This document shows positions 12,964 through 27,100 of a DNA stretch of 64,000 bases, piece by piece (position 1 is the stretch's first letter; each line of letters begins with the position of its first letter). Both the position numbers and the translations under genes were made by a program. The stretch is from Cirrosporium novae-zelandiae (Eukaryota): assembly GCA_026023565.1 (NCBI GenBank), contig JAPETS010000009.1, positions 124,001 to 188,000 of the forward strand, written 5' to 3'. Under the pieces are notes generated by a model. The model searched no databases, was not told the origin of the DNA, and saw only the letters and a list, made by a program, of their open reading frames with translations.

Positions 12964-13870
12964 GCAACCTGCATTTAGCACGAGGGCTCAGCCTATTCAA
13001 ATTGCGCCCAGCGCCGTGCCGAAAACCCCAGCGCAATCTGTTCTTCCCCGATTAAATACTAGCGAGATGCAGATACAGGGACCACCTTCGGCTCTACATG
13101 CAAGTGGCGGACATCCTTTACAGCAAACGCAGACGGCACATCAGGAGCAACAACAATCATCACCATCTCTTTACTTTCATCATTGGGTTCCCCCGACATC
13201 TCAAGCTGGATCGAGCTCAAACCAGCCGACTACGCCATCTACGAAGACCCACGAGTCCAGCTTTACTTCATCCCATCTTCGTTCAGAGTATACTACTAGC
13301 TCACCCAAAAAGAGAAAGGCTACGGGAACCCACCAACCAGCTCCTCCACCGTCAGATACGTCTCCGAAACAGCATTCGGCGGGTTCAACGCCTCCGGCGG
13401 TTGGGCGAGGTAGAGGGCGACATGGTCGGCAACGTAGCGATGCTTCATCTCGGGGACATGCAGAAAGTATTTCTGGTCCTCATCGACAGTTTGAAAACAT
13501 CACCAGTGTACCGAGCAGCAGTCAGGTGGAGCAAAGGCGGGCGAGTATGGGGCAGCAACCGAGGCCTGCAGCAGTCATGTCAGGATCGGGTCCAGGCTTC
13601 TCTGAAGGTGCAGTAGCGGGATTTGAAGAGCTAGGAACAAGGAAAAGGGCAGGCCGCATGGAAGGCGACAGAGAAGAGGGGGATAGAGGACAACCAGGCC
13701 AGACGGGCGAAAGAGAGGGGCAATTCGCGTCAAGTGGGGGTGGCTACGGCGGCGGCGGTGGCAGAGAATTTGAAGGTGGTGGCGGTATGGGTGGTGCGGG
13801 AAATTTATCAAAGGATCGCAATCTGCCAAAGGGGGCATCGGAAGCGGAAACCGCGGCGGAACCGGAATGA
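12185..13870 (+). CDS. Uncharacterised Pro/Gln-rich protein with a coiled-coil core, intronless, 561 aa
   Basis: Long ORF with a folded-looking block QWQGADESMRNWLQAKAEDDRRRQEEEKTRQEALRLDQRKIEQNMLRESLQGGVPPYLVPLIFAGIGG. Also polyQ from (CAA)n at ~12917-12965, a short LYFHHWVPP motif and an NLS-like SPKKRKA. Confidence 0.85.
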
Positions 13871-16800
13871 AACGAAATTAACTTGGAAATGAACGTTGTC
13901 TGTTTCGGGCCATCTGAAACCAACGCGAATTTCCCATCCGACAGTCAAATCAACCACCACCATTTCATCATCAATTTCTTGACTTTTTTCAAATTTCGGA
14001 TAAGGAAAACCACTTTAAAGCTTCCATAGCTTCATCTTGCTGCTTTTACCCATTGGATACCCATTGTTATTTGCTTTGAGCTTTTGATTGCGTCTTTTCT
14101 TGTCAACCTCTTCCTCCAAATTGCTGTGCACATTGGATTGAGAAGAAGGCAACAATTCCATCGAGATGCCATGTTAGCTAGCTTGGCGATATATTCCCTG
14201 TACCTATTTACCCTTCATCTTCTTGTCCATGATACTTGTGTGCGCGAGCACGTGGAAGGCAGAAGATGGAAAAACCATGTACCATAGCGACAATGTGAAG
14301 TAACATACGGACACAAGGATCCATCCTGTTTTTGTTCATAAGTTTTGGTGTTGTTGGGGCCGCAGCCGGGGGCTGTTCAATGTTATCATGGTGAACATCA
14401 GAGGTTGGAATGCTATTTGAGACGTATTGCTCAGAATGTGGTATGGGAAAGTCTGCCATGGTTCACTTTGAACTTGACCGAGGTTTGTTAGACTCCAGAC
14501 GGATAGATGATCTACGCTAGCTGACCATCAGCACAGACTGCCGGTAGTTGGGATCATCCTCGTACAACTTATGCATACATTCTGAATTCCTGTTACCCAG
14601 TCAGCCGCTGAAGAAATCAACCTGCAGACACCTAATACCTGGGTACGCGGAGAAGTTCCAATGATTTTTCTCGCCTGCTTCAATGGGTTATATGTCATGT
14701 CTGGTATTGCATACTGTCCGGTTTATCGGTCATCTGCTAACAAGTCTTTGGGACCGGCGGCGAATCTGCAGTCATTAAGAACCTCCTCCCGATTCCCAAG
14801 AGTGTTGGAAATGGTCTTGCTCATCGACACCATTAAATTATCTACGTCGTATCATGCCATATTCAAACATTTTCTGACCGCCTATTGAATGCGTTTCATG
14901 CACACGGTCAATACCGATAATTCATTGGACTCGAATCATACGAAAGCAACTTTTCAATTTCTGCAGTCCATTGCCGCATGCTCCCAAGTTTGAATAAAGT
15001 CCTTGTTTGCCTCAACTTGAGACTTGCCTCCACGTTGCGATCTTTCCAACCAGCCTTGGGGCTCTCCCACCATCCAGGATGAAATATCTGCGACCCAGGT
15101 TGCTTGAGCTCTGCGGCGAGTTTGCGTTTTCCATTTATCCAACATATCACATATATCGGCGTCAAAGCTGCAAAAAGGAACTGTCCGAGCAAAGATTTAC
15201 ATTTCTGGAAATCCTTGTTTGTTTGTCTATATGGCAGCTAATTATGATTGTAGCCCATCTAAGTGACATGCATTGCCCTGTCCAGATGTTGGAACGACTT
15301 TATGGGCAACCAGAGATAATGACATGTAGTATCTATTTTATTGCGGGGTCCTTTTCTCTCATCCAACACATCTCATCTACGACCTGATAGGATACAGTTT
15401 TGGGCAAAGACCTATGTTTCAGGTGACTCGAGGAGTTTAGACGATAGCTAATGGTATCTGTGCCTCACCAGCTAACATAGTATCCAGCTCAGATGTTGGA
15501 GTCATTCTAGTTCTCCATCAACTACCGTGATGCGCATATGTTTAATTCATGCAGCAGCTTTCGCATTTTGGAATCTAGAGACAGACAAAGCTGATAAGTG
15601 AATCATTCGGACAAAGTATCAACTATTCTAGACGCCTCCAGTAGACGCTTACTCGAATCGCAATGGCCAGAATAATATTAGGCGACATTCGACCAACATA
15701 TTCTTTCCCCTAAACTACTAGTACCAGCCAGCTCAATTCAACCCCTAGATTTCTAAATTACCTGTTGACTATGCATCCAGCCAACTCCAATCAAAATACC
15801 TATGATGATTATACTACTATCTATTTCAAAGATCCATGGATGAGAACAAATCCTTTCAGACCTACGGAAAAACGTTTAGAAGATGACAAAAAATGGTTAA
15901 ACTACAATAGAGGGGATCGTTAAAGCCTCCTGCATATCCATGATGCTGGGTTCCTGGCCTATAAAGTAGTCGCGCGTGGCTACTAATGCAGGCCTCTAGC
16001 TCATCTCTGGGCCCTGGGCTTTCTGATCCCAACCCACGTTACATCCCTCAAAATGATCTACCAATTGGGATTTAATGCCTACCAAAGATGTTTCTTTGTA
16101 CATTTCTTTCCTGACCACCATACAAGACTTTAGGACCAATATCTAAATTGCAAGCAAAAGGAAAGATCTGCTTAATGAAGTCTCACTACACTTCAAGCTA
16201 TAGATTAGCTCGACTTAGTTCCAAAGCCGAGGAGCAATCATGAACTAGCCTCGCAGACGATCAATGCATGGGCCATTCATCTTCAAGATATTTCCACTGA
16301 CGTGCATGACCACTAACCAACTACAAACAATCTTCCATGTCAATCAATCCCCAGAATTAGAACCTGTCGATCTCTCAATCCAACGGCTTTCAGCAACAAA
16401 AAGCGTTCCGACTTTCCGACTTCTATGACAATTCCACGTCGGCCTCTCCTCCTTATAGGACCTCGGCGACTCCTTGGTCGGATAAAAACGGGAATTGATT
16501 GACCGACACCCGAATGGCCGGTCATACAGTAGGCCCGAAGCACTTTGACCCATGTTTCGATCGGCGACTATCAATAAATGGACCCCTCCGGCGACAAACA
16601 AACAAACGATCATACGAGCAAAAAGAAACCTCCGTTCCACCCAAAACTCCGACGCCGGCATCACCGAACATAATAATCGGCCAAAGCTAATCGAACCCGC
16701 CGAAGTGTAAACATTCAACGTCATGTACCTAAAGTTAGCTTAACTGCACGTTAGAACCAGGACACGAAAATAGAAACATGAACCATAAAGAAAAAGGGAA

Positions 16801-18550
16801 CTCTGATTTCAATTTCAATTACTAGTTAAAAAAAGGTATTGTTTCTCCCATCCTATCCCATCTAAATACATTGTGTTTAATCTAGCATTCTACTCTGTAT
16901 ATATCCTAATCCCTAAACCTCTTGAAACAATATCCGCTTTATTAACTTTCACATGCCTCCTCCTTATCTCCCTCGACGTCCCTTGGCCAATTGAACCACC
17001 ATTATTTCTCTCTTCTTCCTTGTTATGCTATAACTAGCTGGCCAGTCAGTCAGCCAAACAACTAAATGGGGTATAACCTGCCAAACAAATATCTACGGCA
17101 GTTTAGAAACTTCCCGTCCTATTCTAGTAGGCGAGTCTCGCCGTCCTAATCTCGCACGACTGCGCGATAAGGGGTGAGCTTAAGGATAAACCAAGAGTGA
17201 TTGTCACAAATAAGAGGTCTAAGGGTGGTGCGCAAAGCATAGAGAATGGGATTGGGGAGTCTGCCTTGGTGGTGAGGACTAAGTGCGGGGAAGCACGTCA
17301 TAAGAGGGAGAAGGGACTCTTATAGAGAGCAAGGCAGACAAGGCGGAAGGTCAGCTTCTGGTCTTGTATTACTATAGACCCTACAATTTATATATTTCAT
17401 ATGATACGCAGCATGGAGCCTGCAGTGCGCTACCTACGCTATTTGATTGGATTCTTGATACTCAGTGGCCCTGCTCGCATGGACGCTTCAAAAAAGACAC
17501 CTTGAATCATACGTTTTAATCTAAAGGGTGTGATAGTTCAGGTACATGTATTGTGAAGTGCTGGCTTGTGGCATCCGAATTGTAGGCGAAATGCATCGTA
17601 TCGTTGCAAGACGTGATGGCTTTTCCATGACTATCGAGAATAATCAAGGCTAGGAACGCTATTCGATAAAAAGGACTTTTCAGCACTCATTCTGCTGTGT
17701 AATTATTCTATAAACACTATCCCAACACGTGCCCAACTACCATAAATAAGTCCTCCTGCTCCACCCTCAAGATTCTGTTCCCTCACGAGATCATATATTT
17801 ATTCATAGCCTAGTCTAGAGCACGCCAACAGGTTCACAGTATATATTAATTTTCATATATATTACGAAGCTACTGCTACGATGGCTATGATGCGCCGCTG
17901 GTGGCTTGGGTCTAAGCGTATAACTTGTGCTGTATGTACGACGTGGAAGGATGAGCAACAAGAGGCCTAGTAAAGTCGTCGCAAAGAAAAGCTCGCTTAT
18001 GGTGACGCTAGTCCAGACTGGTTTTCCTAACCTGACAACCGCCATCCCCATCTCTAGTTCCTCTGAAAAGAATTTCTAGAGACCATCTACGTTTAGTTCC
18101 ATTCAGTTCATTCTTCTTTCTTCCAAGACGAACATTCCGTTTATTAAAGCTTCATTACCGTGTGTCGATCAATCTCATCAGCTGTTATTCTATGAGGTGA
18201 TTTCTAAGCACAGTTCCATTAACACCATTGATGCCCTCCTTGTGGAAGGCCACCCTGATAAAAATTTTATAATGGATTCAACCCTCCAGCGGTTAACCAC
18301 GTGACAACTATGTACCGAAATGTGTAGGTGGTGAATGTAACTGGAAGTGTCTACAATTACGTTGACAGAAAACGCAAGAAGTTATGTCCTATATCCGATA
18401 GGCGGAGCTGCGTCTTCTGGGTTTATAAGCCAGGTCGATTAATAATCCAAATCAATATAAAATAGAAAAAAGGAGAAAGAAGAAATATCCAACAAAATAG
18501 ATTACCCGAATCTATCTATTCTCATTTCGAGGTTTCTTTCTTTTGTCAAA

Positions 18551-19622
18551 ATGGAATCAACATCGAAGAAGCTGGCAATCTTCCCCGCAGCAGGTGGCCT
18601 AGGCACCTCCACCTCCACCCACCTGCTCAAACTTGTTGATCCTTCTCAGATCATCCTCATCGCCCGCTACCCAGAGAAGATTCCCGCCCATGTTAAAGAC
18701 ACCGGCGTCACCATCCGAAAGGCCGACTACGACCATGCGGAAACATTGGAGCACGCCTTTGACGGAGTGTGGTGTCTAAATCTAATCTCCTATCCCTCCA
18801 TCCAAAACGAACATCGCGCCATGGTAAGCAAGCAAGCAAGCAAAGAAACCGATCAACCCCAACCCCCAACCAAACTAACCCAACCCCCCCGATGAACCCC
18901 CAAAGGTCCACAAGCGTGCCATCTCCGCCGCCCGCCACAGCGGAGTCTCGCATATAATCTACAGCTCCCTCGCCTTCGGCGGAGCCTGCACCCCCCACTC
19001 CACCGCACACGTAATGCAACCCCACCTCTCAACAGAAGCCCACCTATCCTCTCTCACAGCAGCAGCAGCAGCAGCAGCAACAGACAAAGCTTTCACCTAC
19101 ACCGCTGTCCGCGAAGGCCTCTACTCAGAATCCTTCCCCATCTACACGGGGTTCTTCAACCTGAAATCACCAACCACCGAAATCGCTATCCCCCACGACG
19201 GCTCCGGTCCAGGCATCGCATGGGCGAAACAAGACGAACTCGGCGAGGCAACAGCGCGACTTATCGCCTCGTACGCCAAATCCAAATCCCCTACAGACTT
19301 CTCCCACACCAACAAGATAATCCTCCTCTCCGGCCCACGCGCCATCTCCCTTTCCGAAACCGTTAAAATCCTAGGAAAAGCAACCGGGAACCCGCAGCTA
19401 CATATCCGCCCTGTAAGCGTTGAAAAATATAGCGAGCTACCACAGGTACGGGCGGTTTGGCCTAAGGGTGGCAGTGAGACCCCGGAGCAGTGGGCCACTT
19501 CTTTTGAAGCCATCAGGAGGGGCGAAACCGCCGTGGTAACGCCACTCCTTGCAGAGATTTTAGGGAGAGATCCAGAACCCTTTGAGAAGACGGTAGAAGA
19601 GTTAACGAAGAAGTCGGTTTAG
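18551..19622 (+). CDS. NmrA-like / atypical SDR NAD(P)-binding protein; intron 18824-18905
   Basis: N-terminal Rossmann-like AIFPAAGGLGTS, then VTIRKADYD and LNLISYPS. After splicing (GTAAGC...CTAAC...AAG): VHKRAISAARHSGVSHIIYSSLAF, H-x3-E (PHLSTEAHL), FTYTAVREGLYSE, LLAEILGRDP. Confidence 0.9.
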
Positions 19623-20120
19623 AGAAATTGTTACGCATAACAAATAAACCATCCATCTATCCATCCAATCCATACATTTGTCTATCTGCCTATCTATTTA
19701 TCTTGGGGGGGAAGAAATTGATCCAAAAGCTCTGATTTATATATCTATACCCTTATCAAGTTTTCTACACAAAATATCAATTTTCCTTTTTTCTTTTCTG
19801 TCACCTGCAAGCTTTACCTACTCTTTACTCTTTACTCTTCGTTCCTACCTTTGTGGGGTCATACATACAAATTCCAATCTCCCAAGCACCGAGCTTGGGG
19901 GGTTAGAGACCTAGGGAGTAACATCCACAGCCACAAGTTAAGTCCCCAAAATCTAAACCTATACCCAAACTCAAAACCTAAGGACCAAGCTTGGGATCTT
20001 AACTATATATATGTGGATGTTAGATATACCACCATTATTATTATTCTTATTCTTATTATAGCCCCCCTATCCAGCCTTATTTAACCTTATCTAGTTATCT
20101 AGCTCTATTTAAGGGTGAAT

Positions 20121-20526
20121 TGTGTGTGTGTGTGTGTGTGTGTGTGTATTCTGGTGTTTGAAATTATAAAATAATGGAATCGTAAATCATAAGACTAAAA
20201 AGAATTAAAAAAAAAAAAGTGTTACGGATACCTTATATGACTCGATAGATTGCCCCTTGGTAACAAGCGGGTGGGTAATCACGTCCTTTGTGGCTTAGGG
20301 GGGTAAACTTCTAGCTTATCCCTGACAAAAAGTCAAGGATTTAAGAAGTCTTCTTTTTTAATCTTTGATTCCTTGATTCCTTGATTCTCCCTCCTTGCCT
20401 GTCTGTATATAGTCTCTATGGTTTTATAAGTCTACGGGGGGTCTTGCAGGTTCTTACAAGGTCTAACATTTACGCTATAGGTCAAAGGTGGAGATCCATC
20501 TAGGTAGGTAGGTAGGTAGGTAGGTA
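20121..20526. repeat. Microsatellites (TG)n at ~20122-20147 and (TAGG)n at ~20500-20528
   Basis: Directly visible between two convergent genes. Confidence 0.85.
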
Positions 20527-21174
20527 GGGCAAGGGGTTTTATATTATATCGTATTGTATCATATTAGACTGGATGGTACTTACTGACCTCACTTTACATA
20601 CCCCGAATACGATACTATACTCATTCACTGATTCATATTCATCTGTTTATTCGTCTGTCTGTCTGTCTGCTTATCTGTCTGTTTGACCTACTCCAAATTT
20701 ACCACGATATGAATCCACCCACCCATCCATCCATCCACCAAAAGGCCGGAAGTTTGAGTTAGAGTCAAAGTCAGTAGTTAGAGCGAACCAAGATCGGAGC
20801 AAAGAAAAGGCCAGGGATAAAAAAAACCCCCCATCCATCCATCCATTCCATTCCATTCCATCAATTCCACATTTCCGCTTTCTTTGCGCCTCCCTTTCTC
20901 CCCGTACCAGTACCGGTACCAACGCCATCATAATAATGCGTAGTGCATGTTGTGCGTATATATGTATAGCACCTAGCCATTTTCATTCCCAAAGTCCAAG
21001 TCCATCTTCGCTTATACGCCATACTCCTTGCTGTGTTAGGCCATAACCTGCCTTACCTTGGCCGATTTAGGGTGGTGGAATGACCACTTGCATTCAACAA
21101 ACGAGGTTGAAGAGGTGGGTGTTTCAAAAAACAAAGGGGACATGATGTGTATATACACCGATTAATTTGTTTGT

Positions 21175-24100
21175 TCAGCCCGTCGTTATCGGAGTTGCTT
21201 GTACACTGCTAACGCCCTCTTTCAGTTCTGCATCTCCACTGTTTGTAGTCGCATCTCCGTTGTCCGTAGACACATCTTTGTTCATAGGCACATCTCTGTT
21301 TATAGACACATCTCTGTTTATAGACACATCTCCGTTACTTGTAGGGGTAGGTGTTGCGGGTGAAGTAGCCGACGTCGGGGATACTAATTCCATCCCCTCA
21401 AGACCAATAGTATTCTTCGCTTCATTACCGTTTCTGTCTTTCATTGGCTCGTGGTTAACCTGTTCTTTCAGTTCTCTGTTTTCATTCCTTGTCGGCGTAG
21501 GTGTCGTGGGCGAGGCAGTCGAGGTCGGTGACATCAACCCTATTCCTTCAAGACCAATAGAATTCTTTGGTGTGTTGCCCTTCCTGTCTTTTAGCGGCTC
21601 GCCACCAGCATCCCCATTAGTCACGGTCTTTGGACTCTTTGGACTCATGGGTTCTGGTTCTGCAACGACATCCCGGCTAGTAATCTCCTGGTCATCTCTC
21701 TTTCGTAAATATCCTTCCAACATCGCCGCCAAAACCCCAGCCCGAACAGGTTTCGCGAGATAATTGTTCATCCCTGCCTCCAAGCACCTTTCCCTATCCC
21801 CTCTAATAGCACTTGCCGTCATCGCAATAACCAATACACCCTTAACCTTGTCATTCTCATCTTGTCTGATCCTCCGTGTGGCTTCATATCCATCCAGAAC
21901 AGGCATTTGCACGTCCATAAGCACGATATGAAAGGGACGCCCTTCGGAAGCAGCTTTTTGGAGGGCTTGAAGAGCTTGCAGGCCATCAGAATAAGCAGAG
22001 GATGAAAGGCCGAGCTTGCGGACAAAAGAGACCGCAATTTTTTGGTTGATGGGGTTGTCTTCGGCGATGCAGATGCGGAGGTCTTTTCGAGGGATGTTAG
22101 GGAGATTGAAATAGCAAGGTGGTGTTGCAATACTCGGATCTGGGTTGCTTAGCCCATCAAGGGACGAAGAGCTCCATCGAGCCATAGGATCAGGGTCCGG
22201 AGGCGCGGGAAGGCGTGCTGGGGTAGTGTTCCTGAGGCTGCTTATCGCAGGCGTGGTGGATCTGATGTTGCTGGTCCTGATTTTGGTGGATGCTTGTAGG
22301 GCGGGTGTGGTAGAAATACCATCTTTCCGCGGGGGTGATGATTCTGAATGTGCTTTGTAGAATGCAAGAACAAAGTACACAGTCGTCCCCTTACCGGGTG
22401 TGCTCTCCAACCAAATTTTCCCACTCAGCACATTCTCAATCATAGCTTTGCAAATGCTCAAACCCAATCCACTTCCTCCATATGATCGTGCGGTGCTGGA
22501 ATCCGCTTGGCTAAAGGGCTGGAAAAGCCGTTTAAGTTGTTCCTTTGTGATTCCAATGCCCGTGTCGGCGACAGAGAACGTGATTTCGATTTTCTCGGGG
22601 GTTTCATGCTCGATGCGAGTGCGGACAGTGACGGAACCCTGGGGGGTGAATTTATAGCTGTTGCTCAAAAGGTTCATAAAGATTTGGTGGAGGCGAACAG
22701 GGTCACCCATCACCATTAACTCGCGATCAATATCGAGGTCCTCAATAGTTTGTAGGCCACGCTCGGTGTTCGTGTAGGCCAGAGCGCGGACAACTTCGGT
22801 GATGGTTTCGTGGAGTTTGAGGGGAACGTTGAACATTTGCATTTTGCCTGCTTCAAGCTTTGAAAAGTCAAGAATGTCGTTGATGACAGTGAGAAGAGTG
22901 TCTGCGCAGACCCTTATCGAATCGGCATAGCTCTCCTGTTCCTTGTTGAGGGTGGTCCCTTTCAGTAATTCGGACATCCCTATGACCCCGTTGAGAGGAG
23001 TTCTCAGTTCATGCGAAACGTTAGCCAAGAACATTGATTTGGCCTTGGCTGCTTCTTCTTTCAGACGAACGTTGCGCATTGCTTCCGCTTCTGCATCTTT
23101 GGCTTTCTGTTCAGCTTCTCTTGCTTGAACGAGAGCGCGCTTTTGGGATTCAACCATGGAAGCATTGGAGGCGCTGACTTTCCGTACTTTCCTAAAGAGC
23201 AAGGCATTTGCAATGGAGATGCCAACTTGATTGCAAAGCAGTTGGAGAACAACAAGATTTCGGGTCGTAAACGAATTTGGCTGGCCCTCGAGATATATTG
23301 ACCCTAGCAATCGTTCCGATTGGAGGATTGGAAGCGTAATTACTGATTTGCCCTGGGGGTTTCTTGCTAGCCAAGCTTCCGAGACATTTGAAAATCTCTC
23401 ATCTTCCAGCAAATTTGGCATAAAGACACTTTCTCTGAAGCGAAGGGTATAGAGGGTAACCTGTTTTGCAACCTGGTCCTCAACCTCATCCAAAGGCACT
23501 CCCTCCGGATAAGCTTGAACGCCGTGTTCTGCATTTCCTCTGGCGGCAACAGCCCATCCAGCATCCGACTCGGTAACTACGGCCGCAAAATTTGCCGAAC
23601 CGCCGGTGCATTCGAGAATAATCTCTGTCATCTTTCCAAGAAGCCGATCAATCTGCAGCTCCGAAGAGATGACCTGGCTGGATTCCAAGATACTTGACAG
23701 ATCAATAATGTCTAGAAGGTTCAGTAGCTGTTCAAGGAGTACAGGATCAAGGTTACTACACGTACCCAGTCCGAGTCCAGGCAAATCAGCAGTCTTCGTA
23801 GAGTCAAGTTTACCGGCTGGCTCAAGCCATGCTCGGGTACGTTCATCCTTGCTAAGTGACCCTTGATTTTCTCTTGCATGACGTTCATTCTCTTCGACTT
23901 GAAATCTCATATTTCCCACATTTGCCACGGTTTCAACCGTCTGGCAGCCTGTGTCGACCATCTTCGAGAGGCTTGCGGTCTTCAAGACGAATTCATATTT
24001 TTCTCGTAGTTGTTGGACCTTCCCGGTGGCATTCATTTCAGCATAAGTTGCGATTGCGTCATGGAGAAGAGCACGAGCTGCCCTCTTTGATCCGGCTCGG

Positions 24101-27100
24101 ATGAGAAACTCTGCTTGCAGCTCATATGTAAGAGCCTCCTCCAAACTGAAGCCATGAATTTGAGAATGGTCGATGGCCGCTTCATAGGCCTGCGAAGCGC
24201 CTGCATAGTCCATCTCTATGTCGCAAAGTTCTGCTTTAAGGATCAAGGACCACATTGCATAATTCACATCGTTCTCGATCGTCCATTCTTCGATTCTCGC
24301 CTTGTATTTGTGTACCGTTTCCAGAAGCTCGGTATTGGGTAACTCGGGATGTGTTCGCGATACCGCAATGACAGAAAGACACAAGTAGAATAGTGTTTGT
24401 GGAACATTCCGGAGTGACCATAGTTCGCTCATGGATTCTACAAGGCGATTGCCGACTTCGATGGCATATGTGTAATGTCCAAAGTAATACAACGGAAGCA
24501 TCGCCATGGACCAGTATATGTCCTTGGACCTTTGAGGATTCGAAGCGCGCAGTTCAATGAATCTCATGTATTCCACCGTGTCATGGGTCTCGTCAGACAT
24601 GATCTCGCTCGGGGAATGGATTCTGGTTTTGCCTTGAAGGGCACGTGTTGTTTGCCTACAGATCTCATTAACGGATCGTGAAGACTTGAATACGGGAGTT
24701 ATTAGTTCGCATACCTGACGCTAGTAAGAATTGCACCACCTCGAAGATCTTCTGTCCAGCCAGGGAACTCTTCAGGACCATAGCCACAAAAGGCTTCGAT
24801 CTCTGCAAGGTCCTGTCCTAAACCCAATCGGCAATATGCCATGCAACCTAAATTAAGGAGGGAGGCGACCGTATCACCGGAAGCCAAGGTAAATTCAAGA
24901 CCATCCTCCAGCATGGAGAGATCTAGAAAATTATCAGCAAGTAATAGTAAAGCAAAGGAGGTCAACGTACGTTCACGGAGAGAAGAGAACAAATGAGACA
25001 CAAAAGCCGTGTTGGCGGTCCATCCACCTATAAGCAATTAGATAACGCCAAGACACTGGGGGCAGGGTAAAACACATACGTCCTTGCGTGAATGGATCTT
25101 GGAAACGATTGAGGAAAGCCTTTGATGTTTCAGAAAGCAAGCGAGCAAAGCCGAGATCTCCAAAACGACTGATGGAGATCATTGCAAGATATGTATATCC
25201 CAAGCCAGCTTGGTGGTAATTACCTCTATGCAGATTGGATTTGACCAGGGCGTTGGATAGCTGAAAGAACCATAAAGAATCTGTCCAGAACGCAGCACTG
25301 ATAGCCTCGGTCAACACTGTGCCAATGGCTCGTACTGCCCTATTGCTGGTCAACGACCGTTCAAGGAGTGCACAGCGATCCGCGGTTAGAAGTTCCTCTT
25401 TTATCTTGTGGTATTCCTGGTCACACTCCTCCCAGCTAGTAATCCGAATCGGCAAACCGAGTTCTCCTAAACAAGTCCTGAGGGCTTGAAAAGCGCCAAA
25501 CGAGTCCCCTTTGTGAGCTAAAATTCGACTTTGGAGGATCCAGGACCGAGCCTTGCATGTTGGGGTTCGCGCATGGCAGAATGTCTCTGACAACAATTGC
25601 AGTGCATGCTCGGTATCACCTTGAGCCAACAGTGCTTCTGCGGTTTCCTCGTAAATAGTGAGAGTTTCCTCGTATCTTACATCCGGAAGACTGTCTGTCC
25701 ATGGATGGTCTTGCAAAAGGTTCAGGCAGTTGCGATAGTATTGAAGAGCAGAAGATCTGGCTCCCGATTCTCGTGCTTGCCGAGCTGCTCGGTGTAGAAG
25801 TTCTCTGAACTGGGCACGATGTTTCACTCGCGTCTTGATCAGATTTATTGCCAAGCCAATATGTCTAGCTCGGAGGTAGAGTTGCCCTTCAAGGCCCATA
25901 TATTTCATCATTGTCTGAGCAATTATGAAATGCATCTTCTCGCTATTGTGACATTCCCTGAGATGACTGGAGGCTGTCATATAGCGATCATGTGTAAACC
26001 GGAACTCATCATCATCATTATCTCCTGGGACAATAACAAAAGCCTGCAGAAGTTTTTGAAGTCCTTCTACCGTATCGTTCTCTGACTGTGAGTACATCGC
26101 TGTCTTCATAGTGCAAAGTGGATCAACAGAGCCATCCTCATAATTAAACTCACCACTTAGAAGCCGTTGGACAATCGAAAATTTAAAAGTGTTCCCCAGT
26201 AGAGATGCCCATGCAAGAATTGCTCTGGGAGCAGGAGACAGCTCCTCCAGTCTTTTAGTAATGAAATCAGTGTTTAGCCTTGAACCATACTCCTCGGATT
26301 CAAATTCACGGAAAACCCTGTCAATATCATAATCCCAAGTAGAAGCCTTCCAGTCGAACCATAAACAATTCTTTCGATGACAAGTCTCCAGCATTTCTCG
26401 CATGTAAAATGGGTTTCCCCTAGATTTTTCCGCGATTACGGCCGCCAAAGGAAACACTTGGCTCGGATCTGCAATATGTAGACAGGTGGCAACATATTCA
26501 AGAATCATTGGTTCGGTCAAAGGTGCAAGCTCGATTTTGGTGATATTTGACCTGTCAGTCTCCAGAATGGTTTTAATGTTGGCGGGCAGCACCGCTTCTT
26601 CACGGCAAGTTAGGATCAGCGCAAGATTGGATCTCCCGGTGATGATATTTGCAAGTAGTTCTAGACTCTCATCATCAGCAGCGTTAATGTCATCAAAACA
26701 TAAACAGATGAATTTATGGTCGGTTAGAATTCGCAAGACTTCCAGAAATGTGTTCATGAACCTGAGACACTTGGCCGAGGAGGGGCTTTTGCATACTTCG
26801 GGAATTGTCAAGTCAATGGTTAAATTTGAAACAGAGTTGCTACTCTGACTGTCTCTGTGAAGAAAATCAGCCCTGACGGACTTGTTCAAACCCCTTTCAG
26901 CACCACCACTGGTCAGAGTGAACTTTCCCTTGACGACCTTCTTCTGCGACGTTGGAGACAGCAGATTCTCAGGAAGGTCGAGCATGCCATGGAGCGACGG
27001 CCAAATAGGACGAACCTTGGATCGAATATTGTTATGGTATTCGGTAGTAACATCGCTCTCGGAGAATATTTGGCGAAACAAACTCCCCAATGCGCGTATC

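Noticed and set aside
17100..17400. Solo LTR (TGTCAC at 17202 to CTACA at 17385)
   Set aside because: The flanking 5-mers (GTGAT, ATTTA) do not match as a target-site duplication, and there is no second copy or internal domain in the window.
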